Below the pieces are notes generated by a model. It was not told the DNA's origin. It saw only the letters and a program-made list of their open reading frames with translations, and searched no databases. Shown here in pieces: positions 1-8,917 of a stretch of 64,000 bases of DNA. How positions within the stretch are numbered: the first letter of the stretch is position 1; each line of letters opens with the position of its first letter. Position numbers and translations under genes: made by a program. The stretch comes from a virus. Where the stretch lies: IMG/VR virus record IMGVR_UViG_3300021168_000013. One strand, given 5' to 3'.

Positions 1-2
1 CA

Positions 3-1781
3 TTTACTGGCACAGCAAGCTACGCTAACAATCTTGTATATCCAAATACATCAACGGCCAGTTTGGCTATATCAGCCAGTTATTCCGTAAGTGGATTAAG
101 CAGTAGTTATGCAAAAACAGCAAGTTATGCTTTAAATAGTAACGGAAACGCAACATTCTCGGAAATTGTTGTACAGAATAATTCCTTTAATATTGGAGAC
201 GCTGTATATGTTACGGCTATTCAAGGTAATACGCGATATTTTGCACAGGCAACATCTAGTTACATACCAAACACTAATTATAATGAAGTCGTTGGAATCA
301 TCCAATCAGCAACACCTACTTCATTTGTGGTAGTGTATAGCGGTATTGTTAGTTTTATCTCTCCTCCAGCATATTTCAATCCTTATTATAACGGTGTAGC
401 ATATTTCTTAAATGGATTGGGATCATTAAGTTCAGTTGATCCATCCCAAGCAGATTCAACTCAAATATCGAAACCAGTGTTATTGCAAGTGAATTCTTCC
501 TCGGGATTAGTTATAAATCAACGTGGATTGTATGAAAATTTGGGTCCATCTATTACAGCAAGTTACGTTTATTTTGATGGGATCACTCCGAACGGAACAG
601 TTTTTAATGCGATTACAGCAAGTTATGCTTTAAATGGCGGCAATGCTGGTAGTGGAAGTGGAACAACAATTGTCAATCCAACATCATCTTATTATTTTGA
701 TAGTACCCCAATTGGTACTGTAATAGCATATACAAGTGGAAGTGCTCCATCTGGATGGTTACCTTGTGATGGTGCTTTCTATCCTATTACTGGAGCAAAT
801 GGTGCATATACAGCATTATATAATGTTACTTCTCAGAACAACAGTGCTATAACTTCTTTTGGACAAAGATACACATATAATCCTCCAATCGGTGGGCAAG
901 CTGGATTTTACACTCTGAATTCCAATGGTGGATATTTTAATGTTCCTGATTTGAGAGGTATTTTCATCAGAGGATTTAATAACAGTTTACAGAATGATGG
1001 TAATTTAGCTTCTCCATATGATAGTGGAAGTAGTAGACAATTTGGTAGTTTACAAAAATACGCCACGGCTGCACCACAATCGTTATCTGGAGTTAACAGT
1101 AATGTTTCGGGATTCACTCCAGTCGAACCAAGTAGTCAACTTGGATTCGCAAGAATAGCAACGGCTACTGATAATCCACCAACATCAACTACTGATGTAA
1201 CAGATAATACTGTTCCACCATATCCAAATACAGAATTGGATATTAGATTTGCATATAAAGGAGATTCCGAAACCAGACCAGTAAACATTGCACTTTATTA
1301 TTATATAAAGTACACACAATATTCAATTTCTAGTGCTACGGCTCAATCTATTGCTAACGGAAATTATCCAATAGCTGGTGACGTGGGCGGTACATTGGCG
1401 GGAACAATAGTTACAGGAATTCAAGGAGTCCCAATATCAACAACTGTACAAACACCACAATCTGGAGCAGTATTACAGTATAATGGAAATCAGTGGGTGT
1501 CCGCACAACCATCAAGTAATCTATCAGCCATTCGATGTGGATCAGCAGCGGGAGTAACTGGAACAGTAACATTTAGTACACCAATGTCATCAGTTAATTA
1601 TGAAGTATTTTTTAACGAGGGATGTGCAAGTAATGGATCGGGCCTCCCAAGTAGAGCAGGAAGTACATATTATGCGTATAACAAAACAATAAACGGATTC
1701 TCATTTTCCAATGTTTTGGCATTCAATGGAGGATATCCTTCCAATATTTATACAGCATGGATGGCAATGCAACATATATAA
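3..1781 (+). CDS. Tail fibre protein with phage tail-collar domain (5' partial)
   Basis: The frame is open from position 3 (FTGTASYANNL...), so the TTG at 63 is not the real start and the gene begins upstream of the window. The tail-collar signature is present: TPIGTVIAYTSGSAPSGWLPCDG...YTALYNV...FNVPDLRGIFIRG...ETRPVNIALYYYIKY. ASYA repeats also occur. Confidence 0.85.
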   Translation, partial: FTGTASYANNLVYPNTSTASLAISASYSVSGLSSSYAKTASYALNSNGNATFSEIVVQNNSFNIGDAVYVTAIQGNTRYFAQATSSYIPNTNYNEVVGIIQSATPTSFVVVYSGIVSFISPPAYFNPYYNGVAYFLNGLGSLSSVDPSQADSTQISKPVLLQVNSSSGLVINQRGLYENLGPSITASYVYFDGITPNGTVFNAITASYALNGGNAGSGSGTTIVNPTSSYYFDSTPIGTVIAYTSGSAPSGWLPCDGAFYPITGANGAYTALYNVTSQNNSAITSFGQRYTYNPPIGGQAGFYTLNSNGGYFNVPDLRGIFIRGFNNSLQNDGNLASPYDSGSSRQFGSLQKYATAAPQSLSGVNSNVSGFTPVEPSSQLGFARIATATDNPPTSTTDVTDNTVPPYPNTELDIRFAYKGDSETRPVNIALYYYIKYTQYSISSATAQSIANGNYPIAGDVGGTLAGTIVTGIQGVPISTTVQTPQSGAVLQYNGNQWVSAQPSSNLSAIRCGSAAGVTGTVTFSTPMSSVNYEVFFNEGCASNGSGLPSRAGSTYYAYNKTINGFSFSNVLAFNGGYPSNIYTAWMAMQHI

Positions 1782-1784
1782 TTT

Positions 1785-2567
1785 ATGAGTAGTACATATA
1801 AAATAGTAGCACCACAATTAGGCCAATTACAAAATGCGGTCACGGCATCATATTTACTTGGAAATGCGGCAACAGATAATATATCTATTACCCCAAATAA
1901 TCCATATGGAGGAATAATACAATTCAATAACAGTATTAGTGTTCCAAATGTATATGGTACAGCAAGTTTAGCAAGTGGATTACTTCCTCTGACATATTTC
2001 ATCACAGCAAGTAACGCAATCAATTCTCAAACAGCTATTGTTAGTAATTCTACCAATTTTTTGAATTACTCTCCGGGTCAAAATAATGGAACGGCAAGTT
2101 ATGCTGTGAACGCAGCCGTAGTAAAAACCGGATTGGTGTTCTTACCAGTACCAGTTATAATAGCTTATAGTGGAACAACTGGATCAGGTGCTTTCATTTC
2201 TGAATGTTTTCCATCTGGAAATTTCGCTGGAGCAACAGTGGTTGGGAGTCCTTCTTCTGCTGCGGCTGGTACATGGAATGCTACAGCTAATGCAGGAGTA
2301 CCAAGTAATGTTACTGGATTAATTATACAAGGTGCACATAGTGATGCACAGAATGGTGGAACATTTGGTGTAATATACATAAGTAACACATCGATATCCA
2401 CACAGAGACTTTTGATTACTGGAGGACAGGGTGGTGGTTCCGGCGCGGGAATAAGTAATGCCGAAGGAATATTTCCTATTAATGGTGATGGAACTATTTA
2501 TTGGAGTAGAATAAACTCCAACTTTAATGGGGGTTGGGTAGTTGGATTAGTTGGGTACTTTATATAA
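1785..2567 (+). CDS. Putative tail fibre/adhesin subunit
   Basis: Ser/Thr/Gly/Asn-rich ORF with TASY motifs, starting 3 nt after the collar-fibre stop (TAATTTATG junction). Function is inferred from context. Confidence 0.6.
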   Translation: MSSTYKIVAPQLGQLQNAVTASYLLGNAATDNISITPNNPYGGIIQFNNSISVPNVYGTASLASGLLPLTYFITASNAINSQTAIVSNSTNFLNYSPGQNNGTASYAVNAAVVKTGLVFLPVPVIIAYSGTTGSGAFISECFPSGNFAGATVVGSPSSAAAGTWNATANAGVPSNVTGLIIQGAHSDAQNGGTFGVIYISNTSISTQRLLITGGQGGGSGAGISNAEGIFPINGDGTIYWSRINSNFNGGWVVGLVGYFI

Positions 2568-2572
2568 AATTT

Positions 2573-4069
2573 ATGGCAAATGTTGCAATTAAAATTAGTC
2601 AATTACAACCGTTAACTGGTAGTGGTATAACGAATGATGATTTTTTACCTATCGTTGATAGCGGAAGTCTTAAAACCTATAGAATTGCGTTAGGTGATAT
2701 AGTGGCCTTGGCTCAAGGTGGATTGGCTTCTTTATTGGGTGGTTCCAATGAACAAATTCTTTATAATCAAGGCGGAATCGTTTATGGTGATAATAGTTTA
2801 GAATTTAATTATGTTAGTAAATCCTTACAGAATGGTTCAGGTTCACAAACATTTGGGTTATATAGTCATGCTGAAGGATGCCAAACTTTTACATCAGGAG
2901 TATATGCTCACTCCGAAGGATATCAAACTTACGCATATGGATTAGCTAGCCATGCTGGTGGATATCAGACTTATGCATATGGAAACTATCAAACTGTTGT
3001 TGGACAATTTAATGTAAAAAACCCACAAAATACCTCAAGTTTGTTCATCGTTGGCGGCGGCATAAGTGATGGTGCTAGAGCCGATCTTTTATTGGTTGAC
3101 CGAACTGGGTTGACAGTTAATGGAAATATCAATTTTAGTGGCAGTTTGAATAACAATAATTCTCTATATGTTCCACCTAGTGCAAGTTACGCGTTATCAG
3201 CAAGTTATGCACAAAATGGTGGTTCACAGTTCACTTCAAGTCAATGGATTAATGCTGGATCAAACATATATTATTCTCTGGGATTTGTTGGGATCAACAA
3301 TCCTAGTCCAGCATATTCAATCGATGTTAGCGGGAGTATTAATTTTACTGGAAATTTATTAAGTGGAAGTACTACATATATTCCTTTTAATGCGATTAGC
3401 GCAAGTTTTGCACCAAATCAATTAACTGATATTTCCGATGTAACAGGTCATAAAGTGGGTATTGGTCAAACAAACCCACAATATATTCATGGTTTGGACG
3501 TTGGTGGCGGTATTGTTGGTAATAGTATAGGTGATATGAATTTAGTATCGGCAAACTCTAGTATGTCTGGCACAAGTTCTTACAAAGCTAATAATATAAA
3601 TCTAGAAGCTGGATTAGGCTATAACGGCACAACGTCTGGATCATTTACTTTTTATGCTGGTGCACAAATTCAAGTCCAAGGTGGGAGTGCCGTAACTAAT
3701 AGTTTGGGTGGTAACATTATTTTAACTACTGGTAAAGAAACAAGTGGAACATTAGGTAGTCAAATGAATGGTATGGTGGGTATTAATACAACGACTCCTA
3801 AAAATATGTTGGATGTAATCGGTAACATTTCTTGTTCAGTAATTACTGCAAGTTTGAATGGTAATGCCACGTCCGCAACAACCTCAAGTTACATGAGCGG
3901 TTCGTTAGATTATATAAATGTTGGAATCTTTATTAGCCCATTAAGTTCATCTGTAATTTCACAAAATACTGGTAGTATGTTCTATAGTGGAAGCAAATTA
4001 TACATTTATACAGGAATTGGTACAGCATCTGGATTATCTGGATGGCAAACAGCATCTTTGGGTGGGTAA
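2573..4069 (+). CDS. Tail fibre/receptor-binding protein with YadA-like head repeats
   Basis: Start moved to ATG 2573 (MANVAIKISQL); the track start at 2534 overlaps the previous gene. Contains 14-aa SHAEG-type repeats and VGIN/GxT-P...LDV-G fibre repeats. Confidence 0.75.
   Translation: MANVAIKISQLQPLTGSGITNDDFLPIVDSGSLKTYRIALGDIVALAQGGLASLLGGSNEQILYNQGGIVYGDNSLEFNYVSKSLQNGSGSQTFGLYSHAEGCQTFTSGVYAHSEGYQTYAYGLASHAGGYQTYAYGNYQTVVGQFNVKNPQNTSSLFIVGGGISDGARADLLLVDRTGLTVNGNINFSGSLNNNNSLYVPPSASYALSASYAQNGGSQFTSSQWINAGSNIYYSLGFVGINNPSPAYSIDVSGSINFTGNLLSGSTTYIPFNAISASFAPNQLTDISDVTGHKVGIGQTNPQYIHGLDVGGGIVGNSIGDMNLVSANSSMSGTSSYKANNINLEAGLGYNGTTSGSFTFYAGAQIQVQGGSAVTNSLGGNIILTTGKETSGTLGSQMNGMVGINTTTPKNMLDVIGNISCSVITASLNGNATSATTSSYMSGSLDYINVGIFISPLSSSVISQNTGSMFYSGSKLYIYTGIGTASGLSGWQTASLGG
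2855..2995 (+). repeat. Three to four 14-aa YadA-head-like coding repeats
   Basis: GLYSHAEGCQTFTS / GVYAHSEGYQTYAY / GLASHAGGYQTYAY / GNYQTVVG. The 42-nt periodicity is visible in the DNA. Confidence 0.75.
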
Positions 4070-4073
4070 TCAC

Positions 4074-4081
4074 TATTTATT
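4074..4081 (+). promoter_or_regulatory. Candidate late promoter TATTTATT
   Basis: Recurrent TATTTAT(A/T) motif ending 7 nt before ATG 4089. Confidence 0.5.
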
Positions 4082-4088
4082 ATAAAGT

Positions 4089-5429
4089 ATGATAAATTAT
4101 TCTGCGTCAATTAAAATTAGCCAGTTAAACCCAGAAACTGGAAGCCTTATATCAATGGCGGATTTTCTTCCCATTGTTAATAGCGGTAGCTTAACCACGT
4201 ACAGAATAAGCCTAAGTAGTGTTCAGAATGCATTTTTTAATACATCAAGTATTGGTTCTGATAAAAATATAATATTCCAGACTGGAAGTGCATTAACAGC
4301 ATCAAACAATCTAAATTATAACTATAGTTCAAGTATATTATTTGTTTCTAATTCAATTCAAACTCCTAGTATAACGGCGAGTTTGGCTGGGAGCGCAAGT
4401 TATGCTGCCACATCGAGTTTCGCCACAAGCGCAAGTTATGTTGCTTCGGGATTTTTAACGGTTGCAACTAGTGCAAGTTATGTTTCTGGTAGCAATGGTG
4501 TTTTGGGTAATTTATATTTTAATGTTAATGGGCAAAAGATATCAACATTTTATCCAACTTACACAAATACGGATTCTGGATTATATTTTTCATCACAAAC
4601 CCCAACTTCTTCTGCTCATGCTGAAATTTATTTGGCACCATCTGGAAGTATAACATCAAGTTTAAATGATTCCATTAATAATGTTGGTTTATGGATGAAT
4701 GGTATTTATAATGGTACTACCAATCCAATACCTGTATATTTAGGAGGAAATCCATCATCCAACCCACCAAGTGCCACCTTGACCGTTCTACCAAATGGAT
4801 TTGTCGGTGTTGGAACCATGAATCCTTCTAGTAATTTGCAAGTCATAGGTATAATAAATGCCACGGGAATTACCTCAAGTTTGGCGGGAACAAGTAGTTG
4901 GTCTTCCAATTCCGTTAATTCATTGAATTCAACCATTTCACAGACCAGTAGTTATATAAATTATATTGGTCAGAACACAGGAACAAGTAGTTATGCTATA
5001 ACAAGTAGTTTTGCCCAGTCCGCTAGTTATGTTACACCGTCTGGAACAACAATTAAGGGATTTGCAATGGTAACGGGTAGTAATGCTGGGTCTAAAACCA
5101 CCGATCCATTAACAGTAGTTACAGGATATAATATAGCATCCGTTTCTCCTCTTGGATTATTGAATGTATATTCAGGATCATCGTTTTCACAGTATTGTTG
5201 GGGAGTTACATTTGTTAATGCGGTCAGTTCATCTAATTATATAGTGATAGGTAATGGTTGGGAAATGACTATTACTACTGGTTCAGGACATGCATCTGTA
5301 TTTTTGCCACAAACCGCATCAATACTCAACAACAGAACAACTACGGCGTTTACTATGTCAGCACAGGGAGGATGGGCAGGAACTCCTAATGATTTATGGG
5401 GAATGAATTTTCAAGTAATAGGACATTAA
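4089..5429 (+). CDS. Tail fibre/receptor-binding protein
   Basis: N-terminus IKISQL...DFLPIVNSGSLTTYRISL is paralogous to that of the 2573 gene. Contains ASYA repeats and a VGVGTMNPSSNLQVIG fibre repeat. Confidence 0.7.
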   Translation: MINYSASIKISQLNPETGSLISMADFLPIVNSGSLTTYRISLSSVQNAFFNTSSIGSDKNIIFQTGSALTASNNLNYNYSSSILFVSNSIQTPSITASLAGSASYAATSSFATSASYVASGFLTVATSASYVSGSNGVLGNLYFNVNGQKISTFYPTYTNTDSGLYFSSQTPTSSAHAEIYLAPSGSITSSLNDSINNVGLWMNGIYNGTTNPIPVYLGGNPSSNPPSATLTVLPNGFVGVGTMNPSSNLQVIGIINATGITSSLAGTSSWSSNSVNSLNSTISQTSSYINYIGQNTGTSSYAITSSFAQSASYVTPSGTTIKGFAMVTGSNAGSKTTDPLTVVTGYNIASVSPLGLLNVYSGSSFSQYCWGVTFVNAVSSSNYIVIGNGWEMTITTGSGHASVFLPQTASILNNRTTTAFTMSAQGGWAGTPNDLWGMNFQVIGH

Positions 5430-5432
5430 TTT

Positions 5433-8400
5433 ATGGCAGATACTATACCAATTAGTCAATTAGCACAGCTAACTGTTAGTCAAATAACAGCTAGTGCAAT
5501 ATTTCCTATTTCAAATATATCTGATAACACCACGTTCAAAGTACTTGTTGGTGATTTGGACGCTTATTTTAAAACGTCAACTGGCAGTGTTCAGAATTTT
5601 GGTGGAACTTCAAAATATGCAATAACTGCATCCTATGCTACATCCAGTGCTACAGCAAGCTTTTTGAAATTTCCGAATGTTTCTTCAGCCAGTTATGCGG
5701 TAAAGGCTATAAGTTCTAGTTACGCAAATTCAAGTAGTTTCAGTACAAACGCTATATCTGCGGGATATGCAAGTGTGGCAAATGTGGTATTAAATCCATT
5801 TACTGCTACATTGGTTCCATCGTCATCCGCAACTTTATTTTTGCAGTATAATCCAGCAAATCCAAATAACGGAACGGCAAGTTATTCTATATTAAGCCAA
5901 AACAGTGTGACATCCAGTTACGTTAACGGAGCAAACATTTTCGCATCAAGCAGTGGATTTGCAAACAGTGCAAGTTGGTCACCAATTCAATTACCTAACA
6001 TAACCAATTCCGGAAGTTATACTGGAATATTACAAAATAATCCAAAATATGCATTGGATATTAGTGGAAGTATTGGTAATAGTTCTACGGGTAATGGTAT
6101 AAACCTTACTTTGGATAATGGCAGTAATACAATTTTACAATCTAATGCTGCCCAAGGTAGTTGGCATTTTGATGGTACTGGTATATTTTATTTTATATCA
6201 TCAGGAAGTGGGATAGTTCAATATAGATTTGGTGGACTTGGTAATAATTCTTATGTCGGCGGAAGTGGAAACGGTGATTTCTTTGGGGTAAATACTGAAT
6301 TACCACAACATACATTGGACGTTAATGGGGATATTAATTTTTCTGGAAATTTATCAAAGTCAGGCAATCCATTTACAGCATCATCTGCTATTTCTTCAAG
6401 TTATTTGGATGGAAACATTGTAAATAATAGGTTTGCACACACTAATGCTATAGCTGTAGATGATGGTACTGGTAATATGATATTGAATACCAATGGTGCC
6501 ACGATAAAGATAACACGAACTGGTATGGTTGGTATAAATAATACTAATCCACAACAGGTATTAGATGTTAACGGATTTATTGGTAATAGTGTCGGTAATG
6601 TAAATATAATATCTGCTAATGGGGCATTAAGTGGTAGCAATTCAGGGTCAAGTATAACACTCAGTACTGGATTTGGATATAATGGCTCATTCTATAATGG
6701 GTCTAGTATTGCTGTACAAGGTGGAAATGGACTTTCCAGTGGAAGTGGAGCAAATATCATACTAAAGACTGGTCAACGTTCTGATTTTTCGGTAGGATCA
6801 GTGGGAATAAACACCAATAGTCCTAGCGCATCATTGGATGTAGTAGGAAGTATCAATTTTACTACTAATTTAAATAAGAATGGTGTCGCGTATGTTCCAC
6901 CAACCAGTTCATATTCATTGAATGCATTAACAGCTAGTTATATCAGTGGTGTTGTGGTATCTAGTTCATATGCAAATACCGCAACCAATTTAAGATATAA
7001 CAATCTTGGTTCCACCGTTGCTACTAGTGGAAATGGATTAATGTTAAATGATACTATCGGTTCATCCATGGGATTAATTGGTGGTGGTATTGATATTATC
7101 GAAGGTTCTGGTTCCACAACAGTCCCTTTTACTTTAAACAATCCTAGTAATCAACCAATTGCCATTATTGATAGATCAGGTAATTATACAACAACTGGGT
7201 ATGTTTCGGCGTCCAACTTTTATGGAACGGCAAGTAACGCAGTAAACGCATTAACAGCATCATACGTTAGTGGAAGCAATAATAGCAATAGTAGTTCCTA
7301 TGCATTATTTGCATTGAATTCGTTAACCGCTTCATATTCGTTGAGTTCATCGAATTTATATGTAGTATCATCATCATACGCAACATCTTCATTAACAGCA
7401 TCGTATGCATTAACAGCATCATACGTTAGTGGAAGCAATAATAGTAATAGTAGTTCCTATGCAAACTTCTCGTTGTCATCCAGTTTCTTACCGAATGGAT
7501 ATAATGCCTCAACGTTTACTGGAATTCTTACAAATAACGTGTCTAATTTTGATTTGGCAAGTTGGTATAATGTTCCATTCAAGCCATCCAATACTCAATC
7601 TGTATTCATAGCAAATACAAATGGAGCGCCCGGATTCCAAGCAACAATAGTGATTGGAAACTTTTGGTATGGGGGAACTACATTTGAGCCTAGTAGTAGT
7701 AATTCTGTTATAGCCAGAGTAAATATGGACAGTATGACATATCAAACGGCAAGTTTGACTGGATCAGTAGGTTATACAATTGGGGAATTTACATACAATT
7801 CAAGCTCGAATCAATTATTTGCCTCAACTGTTGGTGGTAATGTATTTTTAATAAACCCAACCACACTGTCATCTTCATTGGTGATATATAATGGACAAAG
7901 TGGTAGTTTTGGCAGAGCGTCATCACTTACTAATGATGGGACATATCTATATGTAATAAATAATGCTGATAACAATGTGTTTAAGTATCAGATGTCAAAT
8001 TATGCATTGGTTGCATCGGCATCGATTGCTGGATTTGGAAGAATAGCTAACATAAAATACGATGGTCAATATTTATGGATTCCTTCACAAGACATTAATG
8101 GTGCTATAGCAAGAATGAATCCAACAACATTGTCATATATTTCAGCATCAGTGGTGGGTGCTGATTTTATAACTGATGATATGGCAATCACTCCATCGCA
8201 TGTATATTTGGGATGCGAGGGGTCTGTAACTAATCAAGTATATGTTATTAATAAAACCAATTTAAGTTATACTAGTTTCTTTGTAGACAATATGTATGCA
8301 ATGTGGTATGATAATGAATATGTGTGGATGGGTTCATCAATAACTTCAAGTTTATATAGACTAGACCCGACCACAATGCTGATGGCTACATTTAATTGTG

Positions 8401-8912
8401 GGGTTAATTTACCTAATGAAATTGTGGGGGATGGTAAACGACTCATGCTCACTTCGTGGTTATCAAATCCTTGGCAAGTTACCCGTTATGTACCTGAATC
8501 TCCGATTTACATGACACAATTAGACTATGCTGCTAATTTTGAGTCTATATTTGGAATATCATTTTATACTGGAGAAGATTTAACTACTGGTATATTTAGT
8601 ACAAATCAGATAAATATCTGGTCTGGAAAAATATCAAATGAAGTCGGTGGATTTTCGATAGACACAACAAACGGTGGAGTTGTGATTGGTAAAGCAATAA
8701 CAGCATCAGCAATAAATTCATTAGACGTGTATGGAAACATATCATGTTCCGCAATTACCGCATCGTTATTTACAGGAACAAGTTCTTATGCAAATACAGC
8801 ACAAACATCATCATTTATGAGATTGTTTAATCCCACAACCAATTCTTGGTATGCAATACAGATATCCGGATCAGTTGGTCAAGAAACTTTATTATTCACA
8901 CCAACTACCTAA
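5433..8912 (+). CDS. Long tail fibre/adhesin with probable beta-propeller domain
   Basis: IPISQL N-terminus, many SSYA repeats, GINT-P...LDVNG repeats, and a propeller-like region at about 7600-8480 with repeated DGxYLY/DGQYLW/DNEYVW strands. Confidence 0.7.
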   Translation: MADTIPISQLAQLTVSQITASAIFPISNISDNTTFKVLVGDLDAYFKTSTGSVQNFGGTSKYAITASYATSSATASFLKFPNVSSASYAVKAISSSYANSSSFSTNAISAGYASVANVVLNPFTATLVPSSSATLFLQYNPANPNNGTASYSILSQNSVTSSYVNGANIFASSSGFANSASWSPIQLPNITNSGSYTGILQNNPKYALDISGSIGNSSTGNGINLTLDNGSNTILQSNAAQGSWHFDGTGIFYFISSGSGIVQYRFGGLGNNSYVGGSGNGDFFGVNTELPQHTLDVNGDINFSGNLSKSGNPFTASSAISSSYLDGNIVNNRFAHTNAIAVDDGTGNMILNTNGATIKITRTGMVGINNTNPQQVLDVNGFIGNSVGNVNIISANGALSGSNSGSSITLSTGFGYNGSFYNGSSIAVQGGNGLSSGSGANIILKTGQRSDFSVGSVGINTNSPSASLDVVGSINFTTNLNKNGVAYVPPTSSYSLNALTASYISGVVVSSSYANTATNLRYNNLGSTVATSGNGLMLNDTIGSSMGLIGGGIDIIEGSGSTTVPFTLNNPSNQPIAIIDRSGNYTTTGYVSASNFYGTASNAVNALTASYVSGSNNSNSSSYALFALNSLTASYSLSSSNLYVVSSSYATSSLTASYALTASYVSGSNNSNSSSYANFSLSSSFLPNGYNASTFTGILTNNVSNFDLASWYNVPFKPSNTQSVFIANTNGAPGFQATIVIGNFWYGGTTFEPSSSNSVIARVNMDSMTYQTASLTGSVGYTIGEFTYNSSSNQLFASTVGGNVFLINPTTLSSSLVIYNGQSGSFGRASSLTNDGTYLYVINNADNNVFKYQMSNYALVASASIAGFGRIANIKYDGQYLWIPSQDINGAIARMNPTTLSYISASVVGADFITDDMAITPSHVYLGCEGSVTNQVYVINKTNLSYTSFFVDNMYAMWYDNEYVWMGSSITSSLYRLDPTTMLMATFNCGVNLPNEIVGDGKRLMLTSWLSNPWQVTRYVPESPIYMTQLDYAANFESIFGISFYTGEDLTTGIFSTNQINIWSGKISNEVGGFSIDTTNGGVVIGKAITASAINSLDVYGNISCSAITASLFTGTSSYANTAQTSSFMRLFNPTTNSWYAIQISGSVGQETLLFTPTT
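7248..7463 (+). repeat. 57-bp direct repeat (7248-7304 and 7407-7463), one mismatch
   Basis: gcattaacagcatcatacgttagtggaagcaataatag(c/t)aatagtagttcctatgca occurs twice, 159 bp apart and in frame (ALTASYVSGSNNSNSSSYA). Confidence 0.95.
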
Positions 8913-8917
8913 ACTTT

